A DNA stretch of 64,000 bases from a virus, in IMG/VR virus record IMGVR_UViG_3300008266_000033, positions 32,001-96,000 of that record. The stretch is one strand, 5' to 3'. The translations under genes were made by a program, and so were the position numbers. Under the pieces are notes generated by a model that was not told the DNA's origin, searched no databases, and worked only from the letters and a program-made list of their open reading frames with translations. Positions 1 through 9,906 of the stretch are shown here, piece by piece (position 1 is the first letter of the stretch; every line of letters begins with the position of its first letter).

Positions 1-7
1 GGGTTCA

Positions 8-619
8 TTAGTTAGTATATTTAAATGTATAATTTTCGTTATTAGTTATATAGGTTTGTTTATATCCTATACTTTGAAGCCAATCTATAACTTCTTGTGG
101 AGTTGTATTTCTTAAATGAAGAGCATGATTTAATTCTACAGTAACAATTGGTTTTAAAGTTTTTAAAGTATTTATAGCTCCTTTTAATAATTCAAAATCA
201 TAAGAATCAACATCAATTTTCATTAGATTTAATTGTTGAATATTATTTTGTTCACAATAATCATCTATAGTGATAAAATCATATGTTTGTTTTTCAGAAT
301 TTTGCCCCCAAATTCTATAAATATTATCTTCAATATTACCTGTTTTTTCTCCTAAAGCTTTTTTATTTAAGATAACATTATTAATACCATAATGACTAAC
401 ATTTGAAGTTAACATATCAAAAGTACTAGTAGGTTCAAAAGAATGTATTACTCCTTGTTCACATAATTCTGCAAAAAGTAAAGTAAAATATCCTGTTTTA
501 GCACCACAATCAAAAATAACCCAATCAGGTTGGATTAAATCTCTAAAAAGATTTACAGTTTCTTGTTCATAACCATTATAATTATCTCCTGGGTATAAAT
601 GGTGTTGATGGTATTTCAT
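8..619 (-). CDS. FkbM-family SAM-dependent methyltransferase
   Basis: FDCGAKTGYF (motif I), SFEP, KALG, TIDDY, LMKIDVDSYD signatures. Confidence 0.85.
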   Translation of the reverse strand: MKYHQHHLYPGDNYNGYEQETVNLFRDLIQPDWVIFDCGAKTGYFTLLFAELCEQGVIHSFEPTSTFDMLTSNVSHYGINNVILNKKALGEKTGNIEDNIYRIWGQNSEKQTYDFITIDDYCEQNNIQQLNLMKIDVDSYDFELLKGAINTLKTLKPIVTVELNHALHLRNTTPQEVIDWLQSIGYKQTYITNNENYTFKYTN

Positions 620-621
620 TA

Positions 622-1365
622 TTATTTTGTTTTTTTAAAAATTGGTATTTCTACCATTTTATGTTTATTTTGATTATTTAGTTTAATAAAAATGGAATAT
701 ATTTCTTTTTGCCTTCCAGATAATTTTTCAGGATCTTCTGTATATTCCATAATCCATTCTAATTCTTCATATGTAGCCCCAATCTGATCTTCATCAGAAC
801 GATCATCTTCCCATAATCCATCTGTTGGTTTAGCTATAATAATTTCTTCAATCACATCTAATTCCTTAGCCATTTGTCTAACCTCAGTTTTAGTTAAATC
901 AGCTATTGGAGAAATATCTACACCACCATCACCATATTTAGTAAAAAATCCAATCCCAAAATCCTCTATTTTATTACCTGTACCCACGACTAAACCTTTA
1001 TAAGTTCCTGCTATTTGATATAAGGTAACCATTCTTAAACGAGAACGAGAATTAGCTAAAGCTAATTTATTTTCTATAGGAAATAAAGATTTAAATGTTT
1101 CAAAAGTACTAGTTAAGTTAAATTCAAATGATTCAACATTAGAATATTTTTCTTTTAACCAGTTAATATGATTATGCGCTCTTTGTAATTGATCTTGAGC
1201 TTGGTGGATAGGCATACTCAAAACAATTGTTTTTTTACCTGTTTGAGCACATAATGTAGATACTAAAGCTGAGTCTATACCCCCACTAATTCCTATTATA
1301 AAGCAATTTAAATTATTAGATTCTAGATATTCTTTAAGCCAGTTTGATATTTGTTTATGAAGCAT
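622..1365 (-). CDS. nadE: NH3-dependent NAD+ synthetase
   Basis: GISGGIDSA PP-loop, NSRSRLRM, VVGTGNKIE, GFFTKYGDGGVD, PTDGLW, DEDQIG. Confidence 0.93.
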   Translation of the reverse strand: MLHKQISNWLKEYLESNNLNCFIIGISGGIDSALVSTLCAQTGKKTIVLSMPIHQAQDQLQRAHNHINWLKEKYSNVESFEFNLTSTFETFKSLFPIENKLALANSRSRLRMVTLYQIAGTYKGLVVGTGNKIEDFGIGFFTKYGDGGVDISPIADLTKTEVRQMAKELDVIEEIIIAKPTDGLWEDDRSDEDQIGATYEELEWIMEYTEDPEKLSGRQKEIYSIFIKLNNQNKHKMVEIPIFKKTK

Positions 1366-2444
1366 TATAATATATTTTTTAATTGATTTAATACTTCTTC
1401 TCTTTGATCTAAAATTTCAATTTTATAACCTAATTCTTTTAATTTTAAAGCAAATTTAAGTTGTTGAGATTCTTCTATTAAGATACTATCTTTTTTATAA
1501 GTAACAAAATCTAATTTAATAACTTTTTCCTTATTTGGGTTTTGCTTTATAAAATCTTCTATTTGATATTGAAGATGCTTTTTATTCATTTCATCTGTTG
1601 CTTTGGAAATAATAGCATCAATCCCGACTTCTTCACCACATTTAGCTAAAGCTCTATTATCCCTAGGAAAACATGGGCCTCCAAAACCAAAACCAGGTTT
1701 AATATATTTATTACCTATTCTTGAATCAGTTCCTACAGCTCCTAATACTCTATCAGCATCACATCCTAATCTATTAGCAATATCACCAACCATATTAGCA
1801 TAACTAATTTTAGTTGTTAAAAAACAATTAACAGATAATTTGGTCAATTCAGCCTCAGTTCTAGACATTCTATTATATATAGGATTAGACTCAACCATTT
1901 GATGATATATTTTATTTATTAATTCACCTGCATATTCATCAGCTTCACCTATTAACACATTATCACACATTATTTGATCTCTAATAATAGTACCTTGAGC
2001 AATAAACTCAGGATTATATGACACATAATAGTTATATTCTTTTAATTTTTCTTGTAAAGTATCACAGTATCCTGGAAATGTAGTGCAATTAATTATTAGA
2101 TCTTTTCTGGTTGATTGTTTACCAAAACTAATTAATTGAGTAGCTATTTTTTCAATATCAGTATGATCGTATTTCCAGTCTGATGTAGACGGAGTTCTTA
2201 CTACTATAAATAAAACATCATTTTGTAAAGCTAATTCTAGATTAGTAGTAAATATAATATTTTGAGCTTCTTGTAAATATTCATCTACATAAGGTTCTGA
2301 AGTTGTAAATGTTTTATCATTTAATGAGTTAATATAGTCTTCATATAAATCAACTCCTATTATATTAAATCCTTTTCTTTCTAGATTAAGAGCTAAGCAT
2401 AAACCTAACTTTCCTACTCCTAAAATTGATATATTTTTAGTCAT
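1365..2444 (-). CDS. UDP-glucose/GDP-mannose dehydrogenase family protein
   Basis: GVGKLG Rossmann motif, YNPEFIAQG, AELTKL, GFGGPCFPRD catalytic motif. Confidence 0.9.
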   Translation of the reverse strand: MTKNISILGVGKLGLCLALNLERKGFNIIGVDLYEDYINSLNDKTFTTSEPYVDEYLQEAQNIIFTTNLELALQNDVLFIVVRTPSTSDWKYDHTDIEKIATQLISFGKQSTRKDLIINCTTFPGYCDTLQEKLKEYNYYVSYNPEFIAQGTIIRDQIMCDNVLIGEADEYAGELINKIYHQMVESNPIYNRMSRTEAELTKLSVNCFLTTKISYANMVGDIANRLGCDADRVLGAVGTDSRIGNKYIKPGFGFGGPCFPRDNRALAKCGEEVGIDAIISKATDEMNKKHLQYQIEDFIKQNPNKEKVIKLDFVTYKKDSILIEESQQLKFALKLKELGYKIEILDQREEVLNQLKNIL

Positions 2445-3468
2445 TTATTTGTTGATTAATCCAGTTAAATATTTTGGTTATACCTTCATAAAGTGGTTGG
2501 GTTGGTTCCCATCCAATCTTTTCTCTGTATAATGTATTATCAGAATTTCGTCCCCTCACGCCTACTGGACATTTAAAGCCATATTTTTGTTTAAATTCTT
2601 CTCCTTCAATATTTTTGATAGTAATATTTTTGCCTGAAGCATCAATAGCCATTTGAGCTAATTGATTAATGGTAACCATTTCTTCAGAACCAATATTCAC
2701 TGGACCTAAGAATTTATCTTGTCTCATAAAACGAAGAATCATTTCAACACATTCATCAATATATAAAAATGAACGTGTTTGTTGACCATCACCCCATACT
2801 TCAATTTCATTATTATTTTCAGCTGCTTTTCTACACATAGCAGCAGGTGCTTTTTCTTTACCACCTGTCCAGGTACCTTGAGGTCCAAATATATTATGGA
2901 AACGAGCTACTCTTACATCTAACTTATAATTTCGATTAAATGCTAAAAATAATCGTTCACTAAATAGTTTTTCCCAACCATATTCTGAATCAGGATTTGC
3001 TGGGTATGCTGATGATTCTTCACAATTTGGATTATTAGGATCTAATTGATTATGTTCAGGATACATACAGGCTGAAGAACTATAAAATACTCGTTTAACT
3101 GATTTTTTAGTTGCTTCATGAGTTACATTTAAATTAATTAGTGCTGAATTATGCATTACATTAGCATCATTCTCGCCTGTAAAAATATATCCTGCTCCTC
3201 CCATATCAGCTGCTAATTGATAAACTTCATCAAATGAGTTTGTCTTATCATCTTCTGATTCTTGGTTTGGGGCAAACATTATTTTGCTTACTAATAAAGG
3301 ATCTCTTAAATCACCTTGAATATATTCATCACATATATCTTCATGATTCCAATACTCATGTTTTTCTTTAATATCTACTATACGGACCCAAAATCCTTCA
3401 TTTTTTAATTTTTTTGCTAGGTGGCCCCCAATAAAACCTCCACCTCCTAGTACTAGTGCTGTTTTCAT
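2437..3468 (-). CDS. NAD-dependent epimerase, GDP-mannose 3,5-epimerase-like
   Basis: GGGGFIG, QLAADMGGAG, YSSSACMYP, YGWEK, RFHNIFGP, EKAPAAMCRK, GVRGRNSDN. Confidence 0.88.
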   Translation of the reverse strand: MKTALVLGGGGFIGGHLAKKLKNEGFWVRIVDIKEKHEYWNHEDICDEYIQGDLRDPLLVSKIMFAPNQESEDDKTNSFDEVYQLAADMGGAGYIFTGENDANVMHNSALINLNVTHEATKKSVKRVFYSSSACMYPEHNQLDPNNPNCEESSAYPANPDSEYGWEKLFSERLFLAFNRNYKLDVRVARFHNIFGPQGTWTGGKEKAPAAMCRKAAENNNEIEVWGDGQQTRSFLYIDECVEMILRFMRQDKFLGPVNIGSEEMVTINQLAQMAIDASGKNITIKNIEGEEFKQKYGFKCPVGVRGRNSDNTLYREKIGWEPTQPLYEGITKIFNWINQQIND

Positions 3469-4091
3469 AAAGTATTGTAATAATTATTTTGTTTTTCTTG
3501 ACGTTCTATTGTTTTTGGATGATATAAAGCAAAACTTTCATCTGATGGAAGATATGAATAATGTTTAAATCCATCAAGTCTTTCATGAACTTTATTTATC
3601 CATTTTATTTCAGGGATATTTTTATAAATCCGCCATTGCATATCAGGCCAGTTAACCCAACCATTTTCATCAACTCTCCACCCCCATTTATTAATATGAT
3701 CTTGGGTTAAACCCTTAACTGTATTAACTCTTGATATAGTATAAACTTCAATACTAGAATTAAATTCTATAATTTGAGGTAAACTATTTATTAAATCTTC
3801 ATGAGGAATTTCATCAGCATCAATTTGAAAAATATAGTCTCCTGAACATAGAGTAGTTAATTTGTTTTTCCAATCAGCAAAATGACCTTCAAATTTACCT
3901 TTATGCCAATTAAATTCTCCATTAATTGAATGAGATCTTATATAATCTTCTACAGCAGTACTGTTTTTTGATTCATCAAATAACACTACAATTTCATCAT
4001 TCGCGCGTTTATGTTTTAATAAATGCGTAATAAGTCGTTGTAATTCAACTGCCTCGTCGCAGACAGTGATCGCATAACTAATTTTTATCAT
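3465..4091 (-). CDS. Glycosyltransferase family 2 (GT-A)
   Basis: ISYAITVCDE start, YIFQIDADE (DxD), WPD.QWR, VHE. Confidence 0.85.
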   Translation of the reverse strand: MIKISYAITVCDEAVELQRLITHLLKHKRANDEIVVLFDESKNSTAVEDYIRSHSINGEFNWHKGKFEGHFADWKNKLTTLCSGDYIFQIDADEIPHEDLINSLPQIIEFNSSIEVYTISRVNTVKGLTQDHINKWGWRVDENGWVNWPDMQWRIYKNIPEIKWINKVHERLDGFKHYSYLPSDESFALYHPKTIERQEKQNNYYNTL

Positions 4092-4543
4092 TGTGGTAAA
4101 ACGCCTATATAAGATAATGCCTCGATAAAATCATACTTATCAAAATTTTTCAAAGTTGACATATCCATCCGATATTGGTAATATTCATTTTCTTTACCTG
4201 GAATTGGATATTTTTCTTTATCTTTCTCAGTTACTTGGGTAGCTAATACTGCAGACCAAATAGCATTATCAACTGAAGTTCCATTCATAAACACCATCCC
4301 CTTATCATGGACATTTACAGTACACGGCATCCATTTTTGTTCTTTGTCATCTTTCCAAATTAAATCTTTATGAAGCTCTGGGAGTAATTCAAGTTGTTCT
4401 TCAAAAAATGCTTCTCCTGTTTTCATTAGGGTATTAGAAATAAAACCACACCCATAACACATTGAATTTGTAATTTGTTCTGTTTCCATATGGAAACAAG
4501 CATCTGATTTATCGCAAGGGCATTGAACTAAATTTTCAGTCAT
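4088..4543 (-). CDS. Hypothetical protein with N-terminal Cys cluster (possible Zn binding)
   Basis: 151 aa ORF with CPC...C...CYGC, overlapping the GT2 start (ATGA). Confidence 0.6.
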   Translation of the reverse strand: MTENLVQCPCDKSDACFHMETEQITNSMCYGCGFISNTLMKTGEAFFEEQLELLPELHKDLIWKDDKEQKWMPCTVNVHDKGMVFMNGTSVDNAIWSAVLATQVTEKDKEKYPIPGKENEYYQYRMDMSTLKNFDKYDFIEALSYIGVLPQ

Positions 4544-4545
4544 AA

Positions 4546-4773
4546 TTAAGTAGTAGTAGTTATATTAATATTAGGGTTAGTACCTGATGATGTAGATTCC
4601 CAACTTTTATAAGGAGGGGTCCATTGTGTAGATGGGGTTTCAGTGTCTTTAACTGAATGGGCTTTGGTTTGAATTTTTTCCCAACATTTTTCAAATTCAC
4701 TAGGTGTTAAAGTTAAATCTTGTGTTGCATCTAAAAATCCTTCTAACCAAATTACAAATTCTTTTGATGTCAT
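4546..4773 (-). CDS. Hypothetical phage protein
   Basis: 75 aa ORF packed in the operon; MTSKEFVIWLEGF start. Confidence 0.6.
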   Translation of the reverse strand: MTSKEFVIWLEGFLDATQDLTLTPSEFEKCWEKIQTKAHSVKDTETPSTQWTPPYKSWESTSSGTNPNINITTTT

Positions 4774-6089
4774 GCTTCTACTGTTTTAAGTTTTGGTAAT
4801 TCTATTTTTTTCAATTTAGGTAATTGTAATTGTACTTGTTTTGGAAACTCAGGTACATGTTTATCTAATGTTAAGATAAGAAGCTCTTTCATCTTATCAA
4901 AATTAAATTGAGATTTACTTTTAAAAGCTTGACGTTTAGCACCATCAAGATACTTATCATAATTATTAAATACATCAATTAAATAATGACCTACATGTCC
5001 TAAATCAACTGAAAACCAAGATGATTCTTTTAATAACATATTGTTAGCTACTTGAGGATGTACCGGAGTTAATTGGCCTGGTAATAGAACTGTAAATTCT
5101 TTATCTAAGAAATCAATATGCCCACTCCATCCTGAAACTATAATTGGTTTTTTAGTTAAAGAAAACTCAAGTAATGGTCTTCCAAATCCTTCACCTTTGG
5201 TTAGATTAACCATAGCTTTTACTTTGGGGTGGTTGTATAGATTATTCATTTCTTCATCAGTAAATTCACCATGAAGTAAATAAATATTTGGTAAATCAGT
5301 TGAGTTAATAGTTTTCTTAATTTGTTTAATTTTCTTTAAGATTTCTTCTCTATCAACATATGAAGCACCAATTTGAGAGGTTTTCAAAATAAGAGCTGGT
5401 TTATTTTTCTTATTTTTGAATGTTTCATAAAATGATTTAACCAATAACCCAGTATTTTTTCTATCTTCAGATATAGGTCCATGAAGCCACATTCCTGTAT
5501 AAAGATAACAGAATTTTTCAGGAATATTGGATAATTTAAAATCTGTTTCAATTCCTTCTCCTGTAGTTTGGTGAGATAAATAAGTTCCAATATCTGCTCC
5601 TTCAAATAATACTTCAATAGGTCTACTCAAAACAATATGTCCTTCAACAGCCCCAGTTTGTTGATTACGTCTTTCAAATTTAGAATTTTCAAATACTTGT
5701 TTAGCGTGATTTGAAGATACTAAAGTTAAATTCATTCTATTTATACCTTCAACCCATTCAGCAGAAGCAATAGTAGTTTCAATACCTGCTGTAACTCCTA
5801 AATTAAATTTTCCAATAGGTTGAAATTCATTAGGAACAGTAATTTGAATCCAAACTTCAGGTTGTTTTGGTAGTTGAGGAACATTCCATATATGTTGAGA
5901 TAAAAAACCCCATTTTTCTTTATGATTTTCAATAAAACCCCAATTAGTTTCTCCCCAACGTTGAGGTAAAACTTTAATATCCCATTCTTCACCTTTGGCT
6001 TCAATTAAGGCTTTTACAAAATCACGAGATCTAGAACCATACCCACTATAGGTATCGATAGGACAACTAATTACACACAAATGTTTCAT
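4770..6089 (-). CDS. Glycosyltransferase, GT-B fold (GT4-like)
   Basis: SGYG N-terminal motif, RKN, KGEGFGRPLLE, SGWSGH. Confidence 0.85.
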   Translation of the reverse strand: MKHLCVISCPIDTYSGYGSRSRDFVKALIEAKGEEWDIKVLPQRWGETNWGFIENHKEKWGFLSQHIWNVPQLPKQPEVWIQITVPNEFQPIGKFNLGVTAGIETTIASAEWVEGINRMNLTLVSSNHAKQVFENSKFERRNQQTGAVEGHIVLSRPIEVLFEGADIGTYLSHQTTGEGIETDFKLSNIPEKFCYLYTGMWLHGPISEDRKNTGLLVKSFYETFKNKKNKPALILKTSQIGASYVDREEILKKIKQIKKTINSTDLPNIYLLHGEFTDEEMNNLYNHPKVKAMVNLTKGEGFGRPLLEFSLTKKPIIVSGWSGHIDFLDKEFTVLLPGQLTPVHPQVANNMLLKESSWFSVDLGHVGHYLIDVFNNYDKYLDGAKRQAFKSKSQFNFDKMKELLILTLDKHVPEFPKQVQLQLPKLKKIELPKLKTVEA

Positions 6090-6090
6090 A

Positions 6091-7578
6091 TTAATATACT
6101 AATTTATGATTTATTGATTTAGGTTTAACTTCATTTACATTGATAAGTTCAAATTTTTCTCTAGGTTTCCAAGTTTTAAATAACTCATTAATATTTTCAA
6201 GCATTTTCTGAGTCATTTGTGATGATGTAAATTTGGCTTCTTCACTAGTAGCCCATTCACGTCCTGCTAAACCTCTTTCTTCACGTTCTGCTTTAGATAA
6301 ATCATAAGCCTCTTTAATACGTGTTGCTGCATCTTCAGCAGTACACCTATCATCCCAAATATATGGTGTTTTAGGAGAACCTTGAATTGAACGATTTGTT
6401 GGATATACTGGTAAAGCCCATTTACCGTGTTTCTTTATAGTTCCATTATGATTTGAAGGAAAATCTTCATTAAATTCAATCCAACTTCCGTCTTCATTTT
6501 CAAATCTCATTTGATCTTGCATACCCCCAGTGACATTAGCAATAATCATATTACCCGCTAATAATGATTCTGTTAATGATAGGCCCCAACCTTCATTATT
6601 AGTTAATAAAATCTGACAGTCAGAACTATTATATAATAAATTCATTTGTTCAGGTGTAGAAACACTTTCATGGAATATAATATTATATTTTTCATCATCT
6701 CCAAATAATAAATCAGATACAGCATCTAAATCAGTACCATTTTCATCTATTATTTGAGTATGAAGCACAAAAGCACATTTTTTAGCCTTTTCTTCAGGTA
6801 ATGAATCAATAAATAACTTATATGCTAAAAGAGTATCCGGGATTTGTTTACGACGGATATTTCTTGAATTAAAAAATAATACAAAATCATATTCTTTTCC
6901 TTTGAATAATGTTTTCTTGAATTCTTTTAACTCAGGATCTTCAGATTTTAAAGGTCTAAATATTTTTTCATTTAATCCATGAGGAGTATAAGTAACTAAC
7001 CTAGGATTAGAATTTTTTCCAAAATTTTGTTCTCCTGTATCTAAATCTTTATAAGATACATAACCTTGTTTTAAAACTAATTTATTGATATTTACTGTTT
7101 GTTTTGAAATACCCATTAATAAATCACATGCCTCATAGAATGGTAAATTATAATATGGTGCAGGATAATCATCCCAAATATTCAAATAAATAATAGGAAT
7201 TTGTTTCCTAACCTCATTTTCAATCATGAAAAGCCATTCAAAATATCTTGGATCAGTGATTAAAAATATAGCATCTGGTTTTTCAATTTGTATTAATTGT
7301 CTAATAAGAGTAGGATTTCCATAACCATTAAATGGGTATAAAACTACTGATGAATCTGTTAAACCTGTAATTCGGTTAGTTTCATCAGAAATATCAAGTT
7401 TTTTACCAACATCAGGATGGTTAATAGCTGCTGCTATATTTACCCAATTAAAATGATGACTTGTATTTAAGACAGTTTCACGAGCCACAGTAGCGATTCC
7501 ACTATGTACTCGGATATCATCACATAATAATAAGATTTTTTTCCTTTGATCCTTAGGGATATAATTTTCTTTTTGCAT
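6091..7578 (-). CDS. Glycosyltransferase, GT-B fold (GT4-like)
   Basis: HSGIA, PHG, RNIRRK, NEGWGLSLTES, TGGMQDQ. Confidence 0.85.
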   Translation of the reverse strand: MQKENYIPKDQRKKILLLCDDIRVHSGIATVARETVLNTSHHFNWVNIAAAINHPDVGKKLDISDETNRITGLTDSSVVLYPFNGYGNPTLIRQLIQIEKPDAIFLITDPRYFEWLFMIENEVRKQIPIIYLNIWDDYPAPYYNLPFYEACDLLMGISKQTVNINKLVLKQGYVSYKDLDTGEQNFGKNSNPRLVTYTPHGLNEKIFRPLKSEDPELKEFKKTLFKGKEYDFVLFFNSRNIRRKQIPDTLLAYKLFIDSLPEEKAKKCAFVLHTQIIDENGTDLDAVSDLLFGDDEKYNIIFHESVSTPEQMNLLYNSSDCQILLTNNEGWGLSLTESLLAGNMIIANVTGGMQDQMRFENEDGSWIEFNEDFPSNHNGTIKKHGKWALPVYPTNRSIQGSPKTPYIWDDRCTAEDAATRIKEAYDLSKAEREERGLAGREWATSEEAKFTSSQMTQKMLENINELFKTWKPREKFELINVNEVKPKSINHKLVY

Positions 7579-7600
7579 AGTAACTTTTATTTTTATAAAA

Positions 7601-7632
7601 CAATATAATAAAAACTCTTTAAATAACCTAAC
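7601..7632 (-). promoter_or_regulatory. Putative host-sigma (early/middle) promoter for the glycosyltransferase operon
   Basis: Minus strand TTAGG...TTATTATATTG, same layout as five other intergenic sites. Confidence 0.45.
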
Positions 7633-7810
7633 TTACTTTATGACCTTGAATTTTTCTTTTAAACTCTTCGTCTTTTAAGTATAAATCAATAGCATTATTA
7701 ACTAGTTTCGTAAACGAGAATTTACGTTTAGCGCATTCAATTTTTAAAGTCTCTAATTGTTCAGGAGAAACTTTAACGCTAGTTAAAACTGTTGATTTTT
7801 CTTTAGGCAT
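7628..7810 (-). CDS. Small ribbon-helix-helix-like DNA-binding protein
   Basis: 60 aa, basic; LTSVKV strand then two helices (FSFTKLVNNAIDLYL). Confidence 0.55.
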   Translation of the reverse strand: MPKEKSTVLTSVKVSPEQLETLKIECAKRKFSFTKLVNNAIDLYLKDEEFKRKIQGHKVS

Positions 7811-7834
7811 AACTATTCTCTTATCATAAATATT

Positions 7835-8788
7835 TTACCCTTCTAAAGACTCGCTACAGTATTCTTTTTTCTTATAAAAAGGACAGTATTTACAACTTTT
7901 GGTAACATTAGCAGGATGTGATTTGGGTTTTAAACTTCCATTATTTTCAAATATATCTTCTATAAATTGATTTAATAATGTAGTAGCCCGTTTAGTTTTT
8001 ATTTTTCCACTTGCTGGGGAAAATGTTTGGATTCGATTTAATGTAGCGTCGAATTTAGACTCGTATATTTTTCGTTTCAATATTATAAATTCTACCTCAA
8101 TATTATCCTCAGGAACACCATATTGTTCTGAAAAATATTTTTTGTATAAAATTAATTGGAATTGTTTTAATTCATCAGACTTATTGTCTTGGCTCCAACC
8201 TCTAGTAGATGTTTTTAAATCGATTATACGAAATATATTAGCTGATTCATCATACAGCACAACATCTAAATATCCTTTATATATGACATTATTAAATGCA
8301 CTATTGGGGATTATATGGATTGGAATCTCACATCCTACTAAATATTGATCTTTTTTATCAAAATAATCTCTTCTATGATCTTTGAAATATTTAATTATTT
8401 CTACTCCATCTTCATAAAACTCAGTTAATTCTCCAGGAGAACTAAAATGGATTTTATTATTTTGTTCGTATGATTTTTTATATTCTGAGGATAGTTTTTC
8501 TTCAAAAAATGATTCTAAATCAATGTCATCAGCCTCAGGGGCAGATTGATTATAAAGAACATCTAAATAATGTTGTAAAGTCTCATGTAATGCTGTTCCA
8601 AATGAAAAATTTATCGAAACATTTGGTACAGGAACCTTTTGCTTATATTGAAGTTCCCATTTTTTGGGACAGGCTAAGTAAGTAGAAAATTGAGAATAGG
8701 AAATAGATTTTTGATAAGAATAATCTACAGATAACTTTTCAAAATTTTGTATTTGCTCAACTATTAATGGTATCTGCTTTACCCCCAT
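7835..8788 (-). CDS. PD-(D/E)XK nuclease, Cas4/RecB-like exonuclease
   Basis: SYSQF..Y..CP, GTALHE, GYLD, IIDLKT, QL..Y, C-terminal CKYCPF...C. Confidence 0.85.
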   Translation of the reverse strand: MGVKQIPLIVEQIQNFEKLSVDYSYQKSISYSQFSTYLACPKKWELQYKQKVPVPNVSINFSFGTALHETLQHYLDVLYNQSAPEADDIDLESFFEEKLSSEYKKSYEQNNKIHFSSPGELTEFYEDGVEIIKYFKDHRRDYFDKKDQYLVGCEIPIHIIPNSAFNNVIYKGYLDVVLYDESANIFRIIDLKTSTRGWSQDNKSDELKQFQLILYKKYFSEQYGVPEDNIEVEFIILKRKIYESKFDATLNRIQTFSPASGKIKTKRATTLLNQFIEDIFENNGSLKPKSHPANVTKSCKYCPFYKKKEYCSESLEG

Positions 8789-9045
8789 ACTTTTCTATCT
8801 GAAGAATGTATTAGATCATATTTAAGTTTTTCTAAATAAAGAATACCATCCATGAGTTCATCTTGTGAATGTTCAATCCATTGTGAAATACCTAAATCTT
8901 GTCTATCTAAAGTAGTATTATATTTTTTTTCTCCTTTTTTAGCCCGTTCAACAAACTTTTCAATAATAGATTGTACTATAGAATCAGGGGTATAATCATT
9001 ATATGATATTGAGGATGATGGTTTATAATCTTTTCTTAAATGCAT
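8779..9045 (-). CDS. Small all-alpha protein, possible NTP pyrophosphohydrolase-like
   Basis: G.KKY..TLDR.DL....W..H..DELMD..LY pattern. Confidence 0.45.
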   Translation of the reverse strand: MHLRKDYKPSSSISYNDYTPDSIVQSIIEKFVERAKKGEKKYNTTLDRQDLGISQWIEHSQDELMDGILYLEKLKYDLIHSSDRKVWG

Positions 9046-9050
9046 TGGAT

Positions 9051-9464
9051 TTATTTTAATAATTTTTTAAGTTCTTTTTCTTCAGTTCCTAAAGATTCTA
9101 ATATTTCTTTAATTTCACCCTTAGAAAGTACATCCAAATAATCTCCTATTTCTCGTTTTGAACTTTCAAAATAAAGAGCTAATTTTTCTAAAAGATCATT
9201 GGATGTACTTTTATTGGAAGATTTTATGTATTTTAAATAAACATTTCTTTTAGGAATTAAGTCCAAATATACTCTATATATTTTTTCTTTTTCAGTTGAA
9301 GGAATTTGTTGAATCAAATTAACTAACTCAATATAATCAGGACACATAGAAATATATCTATGTAACATATATGGGTTAATTGCTTCCTTTTCAACCTCAG
9401 TTAATTTACTCCAAGGTTTTTTCTCCCAAGTTAAATATTTTAAAATACTAAAAAATTCTTTCAT
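9051..9464 (-). CDS. Clamp loader small subunit (T4 gp62-like)
   Basis: PYMLHRYISM, IPKRNVYLKYIK; lies near the RFC-like gene. Confidence 0.65.
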   Translation of the reverse strand: MKEFFSILKYLTWEKKPWSKLTEVEKEAINPYMLHRYISMCPDYIELVNLIQQIPSTEKEKIYRVYLDLIPKRNVYLKYIKSSNKSTSNDLLEKLALYFESSKREIGDYLDVLSKGEIKEILESLGTEEKELKKLLK

Positions 9465-9718
9465 TATTTTTCTAAGGTAAAACTAATATCCTTATAATCC
9501 TCTCTAATTTCTACAGGAATTGAATCAATTAAAATCTTTCCAGTTTCAGGATTATAAAATACTGGAAGTGGGATAATTCCATCTTCAGCACTTCCTAAAA
9601 CGAATTTAGACATTTTTCTTAAAATAATTCCTTCAGCAAAGAGATGATCTCCATTAGGACTAGTTACTGCTGTCGTCAACGCTAGGTCGATCTTCGGTTG
9701 TTGTTGTAGTTTCTCCAT
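9464..9718 (-). CDS. Hypothetical protein
   Basis: 84 aa ORF in operon. Confidence 0.6.
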   Translation of the reverse strand: MEKLQQQPKIDLALTTAVTSPNGDHLFAEGIILRKMSKFVLGSAEDGIIPLPVFYNPETGKILIDSIPVEIREDYKDISFTLEK

Positions 9719-9905
9719 AATTTTCTAAAATTGGTTCTTCTATTTGAGTTACAAAATAATATTTATTTTCTTTTTTAAGTACTTTATTTGAGTGATAATA
9801 GTGTTGTAATTCTTCTACTAAATCAAACGGGGGATCTTTTTTTATAGTTAAAACTTTATTGATAATGTATAATTTATCTTCAAAATTGACTATTGGTTTA
9901 TTCAT
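9660..9905 (-). CDS. Hypothetical protein
   Basis: 81 aa ORF overlapping the downstream ORF by 59 nt. Confidence 0.55.
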   Translation of the reverse strand: MNKPIVNFEDKLYIINKVLTIKKDPPFDLVEELQHYYHSNKVLKKENKYYFVTQIEEPILENYGETTTTTEDRPSVDDSSN

Positions 9906-9906
9906 A

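Noticed and set aside
5384-6004. Nested minus-strand ORFs 5384-5617 and 5798-6004 (also 35360-35542)
   Set aside because: Alternative frames within clear GT or RecA genes, with low-complexity translations.
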